This document shows positions 17,373-26,497 of a stretch of DNA of 64,000 nucleotides, piece by piece. The stretch comes from an uncultured Coxiellaceae bacterium (GTDB lineage Bacteria > Pseudomonadota > Gammaproteobacteria > Coxiellales > Coxiellaceae), in NCBI GenBank assembly GCA_963922495.1, contig CAWUIH010000001.1:53268-117267 (forward strand). Direction: 5' to 3'. The position numbers were made by a program, and so were the translations under genes. Within the stretch, counting starts at the first letter, position 1; every line of letters starts with the position of its first letter. The notes under the pieces are model-generated. The model was not told the DNA's origin, made no database searches, and was given only the letters and a program-made list of their open reading frames with translations.

Positions 17373-18863
17373 GTGTTATTGACTCATATTGTCGTACTTC
17401 TTATCTATTTTTTAATAGTGATTGCAATTGGATACGTTGCATCACGGCGGACACATAATACGGCAGATTATGTGCTCGGCGGCCGTATTTTCAATCCCTA
17501 TATTACTGCGCTTGGAGCCGGCGCTTCAGATATGGGCAGTTGGCTGCTGTTAGGTCTGCCGGGGGCGGTATATTTAAACGGTATTAATCATATTTGGCTA
17601 CCGATTGGATTGACTCTCGGTGCATTTGTCAACTGGACCTACGTGGCCAAACGGTTACGAGTTTACAGTGAATTAGCACGTGATTCTCTGACGTTGCCGT
17701 TGTACCTCAGTAATCGTTTCCTAGACCGAAGTGGTATTCTACGAATGTCGATGGCGATTATCGCGCTGATTTTTTTTACAGTATATATCTCCTCTGGTTT
17801 AGCCGGGTTTGCGTTATTATTTCAAGTGATATTTCATCTGCATTATTACGTGGGTCTATGGATTGGTTTAGGGTCTATCGTCATTTACACTTTAATGGGT
17901 GGATTTATTGCGGTAAATTGGATTGATTTTTTTCAAGGTAGCCTAATGCTGTTCGCGTTGATTATTTTGCCGATTGTCATTGGTTTTCATCTGTTTGATC
18001 ACCACCATCATTTCAATTTAGACGCGCGTTTGGCGATGGTGCATCTCGGTAATCTGAATCCTTTTAACAATGTGACAACCTTATCCATTATTTCACTGTT
18101 AGGCTGGGGACTAGGATACTTTGGGCAGCCCCACATTCTGGTGCGATTTATGGCGTCGCGTAAACCACAATACATGGATACGGCTCGAAATGTGTGTATG
18201 ACGTGGATGATTCTTTGTCTTGCTGGTGCTATTTTTGTCGGATTATTTGGAGCAGCGTATTATGCGCACGAACCGCTGATGAGACCGGAGACGGTATTTT
18301 TGCGAACTTCTGTATCATTATTTTCACCGATTGTATCGGGTATTTTATTGTCAGCACTATTATCGGCAATCATGAGCACCATCGCCGCACAATTACTGGT
18401 TTGTAGCAGTGCGCTTATTGAAGATATTTATGAAAAATTGTTTGATAAGGATTTGGCGCCTAAGCGGGAATTATTTTTCAATCGGATTGCAGTCATCCTA
18501 GTGGCTATTGTAGCGTTATTTTTAGCATTAGACCCGAAAAATACTGTCTTAAAGCTTGTATCTTATGCGTGGGCTGGATTGGGTGCTGCGTTTGGGCCTA
18601 CTGTTTTATTGTCGCTATATTGGAAAAAGATGACTCGTAACGCAGCGGTGATAGGTATTTTATTAGGTGGCTTAACGGTATTGATTTGGGAGTCGCTTGC
18701 AAATGTTGGTGGTATTATGAAGCTTTATTCATTGATTCCGGGATTTTTGGTGAGTACGGTGGCGATTGTTGTCGTCAGTCTCTCAGAGTCTAAGCATCAT
18801 CGTTTAAATCATAGAGTGTTAGGGCAACACGACAATTTTGTTGAAGAAATGAAAAAGTATTAA
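17373..18863 (+). CDS. putP: Sodium/proline symporter (SSS family)
   Basis: Collinear with E. coli PutP. Matching blocks include DYVLGGR..ALGAGASDMGSWLLLGLPGAVY, GWGLGYFGQPHILVRFMA, MTWMILCLAGA and YAWAGLGAAFGP. GTG start. Confidence 0.85.
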   Translation: MLLTHIVVLLIYFLIVIAIGYVASRRTHNTADYVLGGRIFNPYITALGAGASDMGSWLLLGLPGAVYLNGINHIWLPIGLTLGAFVNWTYVAKRLRVYSELARDSLTLPLYLSNRFLDRSGILRMSMAIIALIFFTVYISSGLAGFALLFQVIFHLHYYVGLWIGLGSIVIYTLMGGFIAVNWIDFFQGSLMLFALIILPIVIGFHLFDHHHHFNLDARLAMVHLGNLNPFNNVTTLSIISLLGWGLGYFGQPHILVRFMASRKPQYMDTARNVCMTWMILCLAGAIFVGLFGAAYYAHEPLMRPETVFLRTSVSLFSPIVSGILLSALLSAIMSTIAAQLLVCSSALIEDIYEKLFDKDLAPKRELFFNRIAVILVAIVALFLALDPKNTVLKLVSYAWAGLGAAFGPTVLLSLYWKKMTRNAAVIGILLGGLTVLIWESLANVGGIMKLYSLIPGFLVSTVAIVVVSLSESKHHRLNHRVLGQHDNFVEEMKKY

Positions 18864-18880
18864 TTTTTAATCTGTAAAAT

Positions 18881-19450
18881 TTAGTAGACGTGATTTTCGC
18901 TAATTATTTTATCCATTGGGATATCCCAGCTTTGTGGCGTTAATTGTGCTACTTGTTGAAATGCATATCCCAATCCAATCAATTGTGGTTTTGAGGAGGT
19001 TCTAACTGGTTCAAGGCTGCGGTCATAATAACCGGCACCACGACCAAGGCGATTGCGTTGACTGTCAAATGCAACCAATGGTAAACAGATGAGATCAAGG
19101 CTCGTTAATGGGGTTAAGATTTTTTTTGTAGGATCGGGTTCAGCAATACCAAATTTATTAACGATAAGTGTGTCGTTGTGATCGTAACTATAGAAGTATA
19201 AATTTTTCTGTGTACGGTCAAGTTTGGGTAAAAAACAATTTTTTCCCTGTTCCCAGCAATATTTCGCAATACGCTCAGTGGTAATCTCCCCTTCGGTGGC
19301 GAAATAAATAGCGATCGATTTCGCAGTAACAAATTCTGAAAGCTTTACAAGTCGCTGGAAAATTTTGTTTGAGGCTACATGCACAGCGGCAATCGGGAGT
19401 TGGTTGCGCTTGTTGCGCATTTGGGTGCGTAACTCTTGATTATCTAGCAT
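18881..19450 (-). CDS. 5-formyltetrahydrofolate cyclo-ligase
   Basis: 189 aa with the family motif RLGRGAGYYDR and WDIPMDKII. It lies immediately downstream of the 6S RNA, as ygfA does in E. coli. Confidence 0.85.
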   Translation of the reverse strand: MLDNQELRTQMRNKRNQLPIAAVHVASNKIFQRLVKLSEFVTAKSIAIYFATEGEITTERIAKYCWEQGKNCFLPKLDRTQKNLYFYSYDHNDTLIVNKFGIAEPDPTKKILTPLTSLDLICLPLVAFDSQRNRLGRGAGYYDRSLEPVRTSSKPQLIGLGYAFQQVAQLTPQSWDIPMDKIISENHVY

Positions 19451-19456
19451 TAAAAC

Positions 19457-19652
19457 GCAAATCCTCGCAGTATCATCAACAAGCCGGAATTGAACCCTAA
19501 AAGTTCAAGTGGGACTAGCAGGCATCACATCAGGCTTCCTCGGCCATTAGGCTATTTTAGGCGTGCACAACAGTGATGACCAACACTCATTGCCCGAGCA
19601 TATTCGCATCGGTTCAAATATGCGGACATGCCAACGATACGCGAGGATTTTC
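19457..19652 (-). ncRNA. ssrS: 6S RNA
   Basis: On the minus strand the 5' end (aaatcctcgcgtatcgttgg) pairs with the 3' end (ttgatgatactgcgaggattt) to form a closing stem. Internal conserved elements match E. coli 6S: gaggaagcct, and the cttgaac....gggttcaa hairpin. It sits between zapA and the cycloligase gene. The ends are approximate. Confidence 0.85.
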
Positions 19653-19655
19653 TCA

Positions 19656-19964
19656 TTATACTACAGATTCTTCGGCTGACATAGCTTTCTCGATGCGGTT
19701 TTCCAATGCTTTAATACGTTGATTAAGAACTGCATTATAATTATTGTACTCAACTTGGAGCTGCATCATTTCGTGACAAAAATTCAACGCAGAGACGATT
19801 GCCAGCCGTTCAGGATTATTGATGTTACCTTGTTGCTTGGTTTGTCGCATTTTTTGGTCAACTTGTTTGGCAGCTTGATGTAACGCTTGTGCTTGGTTAG
19901 GGGGGCATTTAATTTTGTAAGAGCGGTTCAAAATGGTAACCGTGACGATATGCTCATCATTCAT
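19656..19964 (-). CDS. zapA: Cell division protein ZapA
   Basis: 102 aa. VTILNRSYKIKCPPNQAQALHQAAKQVDQKM is followed by a coiled-coil tail. It lies in the conserved zapA-ssrS context. Confidence 0.85.
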   Translation of the reverse strand: MNDEHIVTVTILNRSYKIKCPPNQAQALHQAAKQVDQKMRQTKQQGNINNPERLAIVSALNFCHEMMQLQVEYNNYNAVLNQRIKALENRIEKAMSAEESVV

Positions 19965-20164
19965 GATAAATACTCCCGTAAATGAGCGACGATTTTTTTA
20001 ATTTTTTGAGCGCTAGCAAAATCTTTATTGCGATGATGTTCTATTTGGCGCTGCTGTTGGGTGAGCTTTTGTCTCAATTCGCTGTTTTCATTTTTGAGCT
20101 GTTCGAGGGTACGCAACAAACGTTCAATTTGATACTCAAGACCATTGATTTGTATACTGCTCAT
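19961..20164 (-). CDS. Small coiled-coil protein (ZapB-like / TIGR02449-like), co-transcribed with zapA
   Basis: 67 aa, entirely heptad-like (LEQLKNENSELRQKLTQQQRQIEHH). It overlaps the zapA start by 4 nt. Confidence 0.55.
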   Translation of the reverse strand: MSSIQINGLEYQIERLLRTLEQLKNENSELRQKLTQQQRQIEHHRNKDFASAQKIKKIVAHLREYLS

Positions 20165-20246
20165 TTTGCATCCCTGTGATTTTTTCAGGTAGTAATCTAA
20201 AATTTATGATCTAATTCGATAAGAATAAAGTCTTACTATGGATAAA

Positions 20247-22046
20247 TCAACACGCACTATCCGGGGTAAGTACTGCTGTTTCTAGGTTGAGCCACGCTAG
20301 AACAGCTTTATCAGTGATATGCGGTGCTATTCGTTGAAAAACCTTTTGATGGTATTCGTTGATCCATTGAATTTCTTGAGCGGTTAGTGCCTCGTAATTA
20401 ATTAATTTACGGCAGTAAGGGATCATCGTTAAGTCATCCAATTGATAAAATGGGCCATGACCAGTTTTACTGTTGTTGCGTGAGTAGACTTCTTGAATTA
20501 GACAAAGATTTTCAATTCGGATGCCATATTCACCAGTGAAATAAATTCCAGGCTCATTACTAACGATCATGCCGGCTTGTAGTGGATACGTATTTAGATG
20601 CGTAATCCCCTGCGGACCTTCGTGGACACATAAGTAGCTACCTACACCGTGACCTGTCCCGTGGCCGTAATCGATACCCTGTTGCCATAGGAATTGATGT
20701 GCTAGCGCGTCCAAATGAATACCTGCACGTCCTTTTGGAAAGATTGCATGACGTAATGCCAAATGTCCTTTTAAAACAGCGGTGTAATGGCGCCGTTGCG
20801 CGTCGGTTGGTTCGCCAAGGTGAATCGTACGAGTCACATCGGTAGTGCCGGCATAGTACTGGCCGCCGGAGTCAATCAGTAGTGGTGCTGTGTCATCGAT
20901 GGTGATATCGCTGGAGTCTGAAGCAGAATAATGGATAATGGCGCCATGGGGTCCAAAACCGGCAATTGTAGGAAAACTCAGATCAACGCACAAAGGGTTG
21001 TCGCGTCGGAATTGTTCCAACCGATCGGCAGCCGAGATTTCAGTTACACCGTCTTGCCAATGATTTTCGAGCCAATGCAGAAATCGTACCACTGCAACCC
21101 CATCTAAGAGGTGTGCTTCACGTGCGCCGCGTTGCTCGGTGGCATTTTTAATTGCTTTGGCAGTGATAACCGGTGAGGGCTGTTCAAACCGCGTGGTATG
21201 TTCTAGCTGCTGTGCTATCCAATAGCTAGCACTGTTAGGATCAATCCATACAGTGCCATGTAGCTGCTTTAATGCGTTTTCAAATTGTGTATACGCTTTG
21301 ACCTTAATGTTAAGTGTGGCGAATTGTGTGATGACTTCCTCTGAGATTTTTAGCTCGTCAACAAATAATGTTGCATCAGAAGCGGTGATAATGGCGTAAC
21401 TGATGACCAGTGGATTGTAAGCCACGTCGCTACCGCGAATATTGAATAGCCATGCGATGGCATCTAAGGTGTTGAGTACATGTGCATCAGCACGTTGTTG
21501 TTTCAGAGTATCTCGTAGCTGCTGTAATTTATCGCTCACACTGCGACCAGCGTAAATTTCTGGAAAAATATTCAAGCTATTTTGAGGAATGGTCGCTTGA
21601 TCCTGCCAAACGTCGTCAATGAGATTGTTTGCAATCGTCACTAACTCCCCACCGCATTGTGCTAATACACTTTGAAGCAGGCGGGCCTGCGTTAGGCTGA
21701 TTACTTTGGGATCAACACCCAGTGTAATGGCATCGCCAGTGGCTGTTAACCATTGTGCTAATGTGGGAACATCGGTTTGACCCGATCGCATCAATTCAAA
21801 ACAGCTTGCATCGAGTTGTTGTTCTGCTTGTAAATAATAGCGGGCATCAGTCCAGAGATAGGCTTTACTTTTTCCGATCAACGCATCGCCGGCAGAGCCG
21901 GTAAAGCCAGAGATCCAGGCGCGACGCTGCCAGCATTCCGGTATGTACTCGTTTTTGTGCGGATCGCTAGATGGCACTAAATAGTAATCACATTTTTGCA
22001 TTAAGTTGCGAAGTTTTTTAAGGCGTTCGGCGATGTGTTGTTGCAT
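20247..22046 (-). CDS. pepP: Xaa-Pro aminopeptidase, long three-domain M24B form
   Basis: 599 aa. M24 metal-ligand blocks are present (DSGGQYYAGTTDVTRT, HGTGHGVGSYLCVHEGP, SNEPGIY, IRIENL). There is an extra C-terminal helical domain (MIPYCRKLINYEALTAQEIQWINEYH). Confidence 0.85.
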   Translation of the reverse strand: MQQHIAERLKKLRNLMQKCDYYLVPSSDPHKNEYIPECWQRRAWISGFTGSAGDALIGKSKAYLWTDARYYLQAEQQLDASCFELMRSGQTDVPTLAQWLTATGDAITLGVDPKVISLTQARLLQSVLAQCGGELVTIANNLIDDVWQDQATIPQNSLNIFPEIYAGRSVSDKLQQLRDTLKQQRADAHVLNTLDAIAWLFNIRGSDVAYNPLVISYAIITASDATLFVDELKISEEVITQFATLNIKVKAYTQFENALKQLHGTVWIDPNSASYWIAQQLEHTTRFEQPSPVITAKAIKNATEQRGAREAHLLDGVAVVRFLHWLENHWQDGVTEISAADRLEQFRRDNPLCVDLSFPTIAGFGPHGAIIHYSASDSSDITIDDTAPLLIDSGGQYYAGTTDVTRTIHLGEPTDAQRRHYTAVLKGHLALRHAIFPKGRAGIHLDALAHQFLWQQGIDYGHGTGHGVGSYLCVHEGPQGITHLNTYPLQAGMIVSNEPGIYFTGEYGIRIENLCLIQEVYSRNNSKTGHGPFYQLDDLTMIPYCRKLINYEALTAQEIQWINEYHQKVFQRIAPHITDKAVLAWLNLETAVLTPDSAC

Positions 22047-22245
22047 TCGATTCTCTGTAACATGAAAATATTCATGTTAATGTATTTTTAAACGGTGTGC
22101 GAGGGCATGTGCCAATAAGCAATAAATTCTTTTGAAATTTAAAAAAGCTTACAGCGACAGTAGAAGTCTTAAATTTTCGATGCTGTCCTGAATAGCCTGC
22201 TCGTGATTCGCTCCCACTAGCGAGGCATATGCCGACGATGTTACG

Positions 22246-23490
22246 ATGTCACTCATGTCAACTGCAAATTTACAATCAGATATTGCTGTTATCGGCACGG
22301 GCTTAGTCGGTACGGCTTTTGCAGTAGCCTTACAACATCAGCACATCGATCTAACTCTGCTGGAAAAACACTTGCCCGATCTGACTTCGGCGTCAACGCT
22401 AGACAAGCGACCAATCACGTTATCCTACGGTAGTGCATTGATTTTGCAAACCCTAGGTGTTTGGGAAGCGCTTAAAAAAACTGCCTGTGCCGTTCAGTCT
22501 GTTCATGTTTCTGAGCAGGGAGCTTTGGGTTGTGCCAGTTTTCACGCCGAAGATTTTTCAGTACCTGCTTTGGGTTATGTATTACCTTTTTCCGCATTGC
22601 AACAGCTGCTATATCGACGCGCCGCGCGACAGTCTAATGTGAGTATTGTCAGTAGTGAAGAAATTCGCACTTTGGAGTGTAATCAACAAGGAGCGCATAT
22701 CGACTATGTTGCGGCACATCAGTCCAAGCGATTAACGACGCAGTTGCTGGTTGCTGCTGATGGCACGCAATCCACGACCCGTAAGTTATTAAATATCTCT
22801 GCGAAAGAGTTGCCAGCTACCGAAGTAGCTTGGGCTATTGAAGTTGGGTTTGAAAATGAACACCAAGGTGTCGCCTATGAGCGTTTTACAGAAAAAGGCA
22901 CATTTGCATTACTGCCAGTGTTTGAAAAAAATAACTGTCGCTTGATTTGGTCAATGCCGCAGGAGCAATTCAAACAAATCCAGCAGTGGTCAGATGATCA
23001 GTTACGACGACAAATTGAAAGCGTTTTTAAATCCAGATTAGGGGCTACAACCAGTCTAGCGCGTGCACAAGCGTATCCGTTAAAAATGTTATTTGTTGAG
23101 CAACAAGTGCAACCTGGCCGAGTATTGTTGGGTAATTCAGCGCATACTTTATACCCCATTGCAGCACAGGGATTTAATCTCGCCTTGCGTGACGTTGCGG
23201 CACTCAGCGAAGTGTTGGTTGAAGCGCGTCATGCAGACATCGCTTTGGGAGACTTTGCGATACTAAAAAATTATTTAAAATGGCGCAACAAAGATCAGCG
23301 TCGGACTGCATCAGTTACGCAGGGCATCGCAGCGAGTTTTGGGTTGCAACACCCGTCATTGTTAAAAAATCTACGTGGCGCTGGTTTGTTGACCCTGGAT
23401 ATGTTGCTGCCAATGAAACGACTCTTTGGTAAACGCATGATGGGTCTCGCCGGTCACTTGCCGAAGCTGATGTGTGGCATAAAACTTTAG
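22246..23490 (+). CDS. ubiH: FAD-dependent ubiquinone-biosynthesis hydroxylase (UbiH-type)
   Basis: Has an N-terminal dinucleotide-binding fold (IAVIGTGLVGTAFA), LLVAADGTQS and GNSAHTLYPIAAQGFNLALRD. Its position next to pepP matches E. coli. Confidence 0.75.
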   Translation: MSLMSTANLQSDIAVIGTGLVGTAFAVALQHQHIDLTLLEKHLPDLTSASTLDKRPITLSYGSALILQTLGVWEALKKTACAVQSVHVSEQGALGCASFHAEDFSVPALGYVLPFSALQQLLYRRAARQSNVSIVSSEEIRTLECNQQGAHIDYVAAHQSKRLTTQLLVAADGTQSTTRKLLNISAKELPATEVAWAIEVGFENEHQGVAYERFTEKGTFALLPVFEKNNCRLIWSMPQEQFKQIQQWSDDQLRRQIESVFKSRLGATTSLARAQAYPLKMLFVEQQVQPGRVLLGNSAHTLYPIAAQGFNLALRDVAALSEVLVEARHADIALGDFAILKNYLKWRNKDQRRTASVTQGIAASFGLQHPSLLKNLRGAGLLTLDMLLPMKRLFGKRMMGLAGHLPKLMCGIKL

Positions 23491-23501
23491 GTTGAATAAT
23501 A

Positions 23502-24734
23502 ATGCAATTTTCAGTGATGCACGAAAAAAATTCTGTAGCCATCGTAGGGGGTGGCATGGTTGGCTTGGTATTGGCGGCGCTGTGTGCCAAGCAGCAAATG
23601 GATGTGGCTATCATCGAATTGAATCCGCCAAACCTAACGTGGTCAAGCGATGAATGGACGGGGCGGGTTAGTGCGGTTAATGCTGTCTCACAACAGCTAC
23701 TAAAAACTCTTGATATTTGGCATAAATTACCTGTCAGTGCGGTTGCGCCGCTACGAAAATTGGACGTTTGGGATACGCTGAGCAAGGGAGCGATTCAATT
23801 CGATAGTGTCAGCGTTGGTAAAGCGATGTTGGGTGCGATTGTTGAAAATCGCGCATTAGTGAAAGTACTATGGGAAACACTGCAGCAACATCAGTGTGTG
23901 AAATTTTATTCCCCGGCACAAGTTGCAAAAATTACGGTGCAATCCCAGCAGGTGGAAATAAAATTAGTTGATCAAGGGGCCATTAAGGCAAGTTGTGTGG
24001 TTGGCGCGGATGGGGCACATTCGTGGCTACGACAGCATTTAAAATTTCATATTATCGAAAAACCGTACAATCACCATGCGATTATTGGTGTGGTAAAAAC
24101 ACAACACCCTCATCAATTCACCGGTTGGCAAGCATTTTTACCCGATGGTGTATTAGCTTTATTGCCCTTGGGTGATGATGTATATCACTGCGCAATGGTG
24201 TGGTCATGCGAAGCACTAAAAGCTAATCGATTAATGAGAAATGATGACCACGCCTTTGAGCAACAAATTAATGATGATTTCGGTGATAAATTGGGACGTA
24301 TTCAGTGTGAGACCGAGCGAGCGATGATTCCGTTAACCATGCGGCGGGTAAAAAATATGGTGCAATCCCGCGTAGCATTGATTGGTGATGCAGCACATAC
24401 TATTCACCCACTTGCGGGGCAGGGCGTGAATTTAGGTTTTATGGATGCAGCGTATTTGGCGCAATGTTTTCATGATGCAGCGAAAAAGTCGCGTGACATT
24501 GGTCATATCACTACGTTACGCCGCTTTGAACGCGCGCGTAAAAGTGAAAATGATTTAATGCAAGCTGCAATGTGCGGCTTCAAAGAAATATTCGCATTAC
24601 AGTCGCCATTCGTGGTGCCACTGCGCAGTGCGGGATTATCATTCACTAATCGCATCCCCATTTTAAAAAATACATTTATTGAATTTGCAATGGGATATGG
24701 TACTGAGATACCGGCACTCATCAATCTTAATTAA
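23502..24734 (+). CDS. ubiI: FAD-dependent ubiquinone-biosynthesis hydroxylase (UbiI/VisC/UbiF-type)
   Basis: Has VAIVGGGMVGLVLA, VVGADGAHSWLR and GDAAHTIHPLAGQGVNLGFMDA. It is the second hydroxylase after ubiH, as visC is in E. coli. The choice between UbiI and UbiF is not resolvable by eye. Confidence 0.65.
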   Translation: MQFSVMHEKNSVAIVGGGMVGLVLAALCAKQQMDVAIIELNPPNLTWSSDEWTGRVSAVNAVSQQLLKTLDIWHKLPVSAVAPLRKLDVWDTLSKGAIQFDSVSVGKAMLGAIVENRALVKVLWETLQQHQCVKFYSPAQVAKITVQSQQVEIKLVDQGAIKASCVVGADGAHSWLRQHLKFHIIEKPYNHHAIIGVVKTQHPHQFTGWQAFLPDGVLALLPLGDDVYHCAMVWSCEALKANRLMRNDDHAFEQQINDDFGDKLGRIQCETERAMIPLTMRRVKNMVQSRVALIGDAAHTIHPLAGQGVNLGFMDAAYLAQCFHDAAKKSRDIGHITTLRRFERARKSENDLMQAAMCGFKEIFALQSPFVVPLRSAGLSFTNRIPILKNTFIEFAMGYGTEIPALINLN

Positions 24735-24815
24735 ATATTAATTTTTTGCGATTAAATTCACCGCACATCGCACGTGCTACTTTCGCAACTTGAATTATTT
24801 AAATGGAGATATGGT

Positions 24816-25700
24816 ATGCAAAACTATCAGTTGAAAAAGGGAACTACTGTTGAAAATCCTAACATCTATCCCCTAGTAGAGGGGCCTATTTGGATCGCTG
24901 GGTTAGTCGTGTGTGCTTGGTTAGTATACGATCAATTGAGTAAAAGAGTTGATCGAGAAGGTGACTTAGCTGCCATTCTTGATCCAGAAGATGTGGAGCC
25001 GCAAATAAGACGTAATCTCTATGGTTATACGTTTGGCTTATGGGGTGCAGCTGCTTGGATGACATTTTATACGTGGGTGCGTTCAACAATCGTGAACATT
25101 TCCTATAAAAGTACTTGGTCAACACCGCATGCCTATTATGTGATGATTCGTGCTGTCCGTGCTGTGGGTGTCAGATTGGGTTGCGTTTCAGCTACTGATG
25201 ATGTGACTTCTTTGGCACTAGAAGGTGGAAGTGATCAAAAAAACCAATCAGTTGGGTTGTATGGGAGAGTAACAGCTGAAGCTGGGTCCAATGAGCAGGC
25301 TGATGTTAACGCAATTCCAATCTATCCGGCCAACGCCTATACGCAATCAGCATCTAATCTCTTATTAAGTACAGGTACTTTTAGCGCCGCGGTTTGTGTT
25401 TCCCTGATACCGATGCTATGGCGATTGAAGGGTATTTTCTATGCATACGAAGATCATGACGCTACAAAAATGTCTCAACAGGCGCAAACAGGCTCATTCA
25501 TCGCATTCGTTATAATTTGCTCATTGAATTATATGCAACATGAAGTGTGTAAATTTAGAGTAACATTATTGGAACAACCATCATGGTTCGGTGAACGCCC
25601 TTATCAAGCATCCGTAGCAGTTAATCCTGAGCCAGCAGATGCGGCCCCACGTCAATTTGCTTGTAAAAGATTAATCGAAGGGATTTCATTCCGCTGTTAG
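24816..25700 (+). CDS. Hypothetical polytopic membrane protein (orphan)
   Basis: The ATG at 24816 is preceded by GGAGA at good spacing. There are about 4 hydrophobic segments and no recognisable family. Confidence 0.45.
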   Translation: MQNYQLKKGTTVENPNIYPLVEGPIWIAGLVVCAWLVYDQLSKRVDREGDLAAILDPEDVEPQIRRNLYGYTFGLWGAAAWMTFYTWVRSTIVNISYKSTWSTPHAYYVMIRAVRAVGVRLGCVSATDDVTSLALEGGSDQKNQSVGLYGRVTAEAGSNEQADVNAIPIYPANAYTQSASNLLLSTGTFSAAVCVSLIPMLWRLKGIFYAYEDHDATKMSQQAQTGSFIAFVIICSLNYMQHEVCKFRVTLLEQPSWFGERPYQASVAVNPEPADAAPRQFACKRLIEGISFRC

Positions 25701-25773
25701 TGCGTTTCAGAATTTATACATAATCGACCAACACGCTTGAGCTCTCTCACTCTGCTTCAGTGAATCGTTAAGA

Positions 25774-25806
25774 TGAAGTTGCTGCACTACTAGTGAAGCA
25801 ACTTCA
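25774..25806. terminator. Stem-loop between convergent genes (possible bidirectional terminator)
   Basis: A 10-bp stem (tgaagttgct / agcaacttca) with a 13-nt loop. It lies between the stop at 25700 (+) and the stop at 25822 (-). There is no clear T-run, so the function is uncertain. Confidence 0.3.
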
Positions 25807-25821
25807 AGGGTGGAGTTAATC

Positions 25822-26349
25822 TCAGGGAGTGCTGCCGTTCGCCATAAACGCACCGGGTTTTGCGGGACGAATATGTCCATTGCTGGCGTTGACGATCACT
25901 CGTTTTACCACTCGGTGTTGTTTGCTATTCACAATATTCACTAGATAAACGGGGACATTCTGTGAATTTCTTAATGGTAAAATACGGCCCACTTTCAATT
26001 GCTTGTATCCATCCATAATCAGTGCGGCGTGTGTAATGATCGCGGCGTCATTAGGAGATAATTGTAAATTTCGTTGTAAGCCAAGTCGCCATGGTTTGTG
26101 TGCTAAGTGGCTAGCTGCAGCAGCTGGTGACGGTGGGTTCATCGGCTGAATAAATGGACCAGGAGCAAAAGGAAAAGGCCGTGATATGGAAGCGAGGTGA
26201 TTAGCATGCGGTTGGTCACTTTGCAATTGTGGTGTCACCTTGTCTTCGGAAATTTGGGTGGTTGCAAATCCAGTGCCTGCATAAATGAGGCAATAGCTGG
26301 CTGCTCCCAGAGCGATCACTGCAAGAATGGGTTTAATTCGAAGCTTCAT
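25822..26349 (-). CDS. Secreted PepSY-like domain protein, divergent from ompR
   Basis: It has a signal peptide (MKLRIKPILAVIALGAASYCLIYA) and a Pro-rich linker. The C-terminal block (AAIITHAALIMDGYKQLKVGRILPLRN..VPVYLVNIVN..VKRVIVNASNGHI) fits the PepSY pattern. Confidence 0.5.
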   Translation of the reverse strand: MKLRIKPILAVIALGAASYCLIYAGTGFATTQISEDKVTPQLQSDQPHANHLASISRPFPFAPGPFIQPMNPPSPAAAASHLAHKPWRLGLQRNLQLSPNDAAIITHAALIMDGYKQLKVGRILPLRNSQNVPVYLVNIVNSKQHRVVKRVIVNASNGHIRPAKPGAFMANGSTP

Positions 26350-26497
26350 TTAGTGTGTTCCTCATGACGATTATTCAATTTCTGTTTATTCTACGAAAAA
26401 AATATTACGTTCATATGACGTATCACTTGTTATGTGTTTCAGTATTGTTACAAAATGTCTCTTGATAAGGGAAAAATAAAGCAGTAAAAATCAAGCT

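Noticed and set aside
26410-26440. Quasi-palindrome tacgttcatatgacgta in the ompR / PepSY divergent control region
   Set aside because: Only the central 8 bp (TCATATGA) are truly palindromic, and the flanks do not pair. This is too weak to call an operator.
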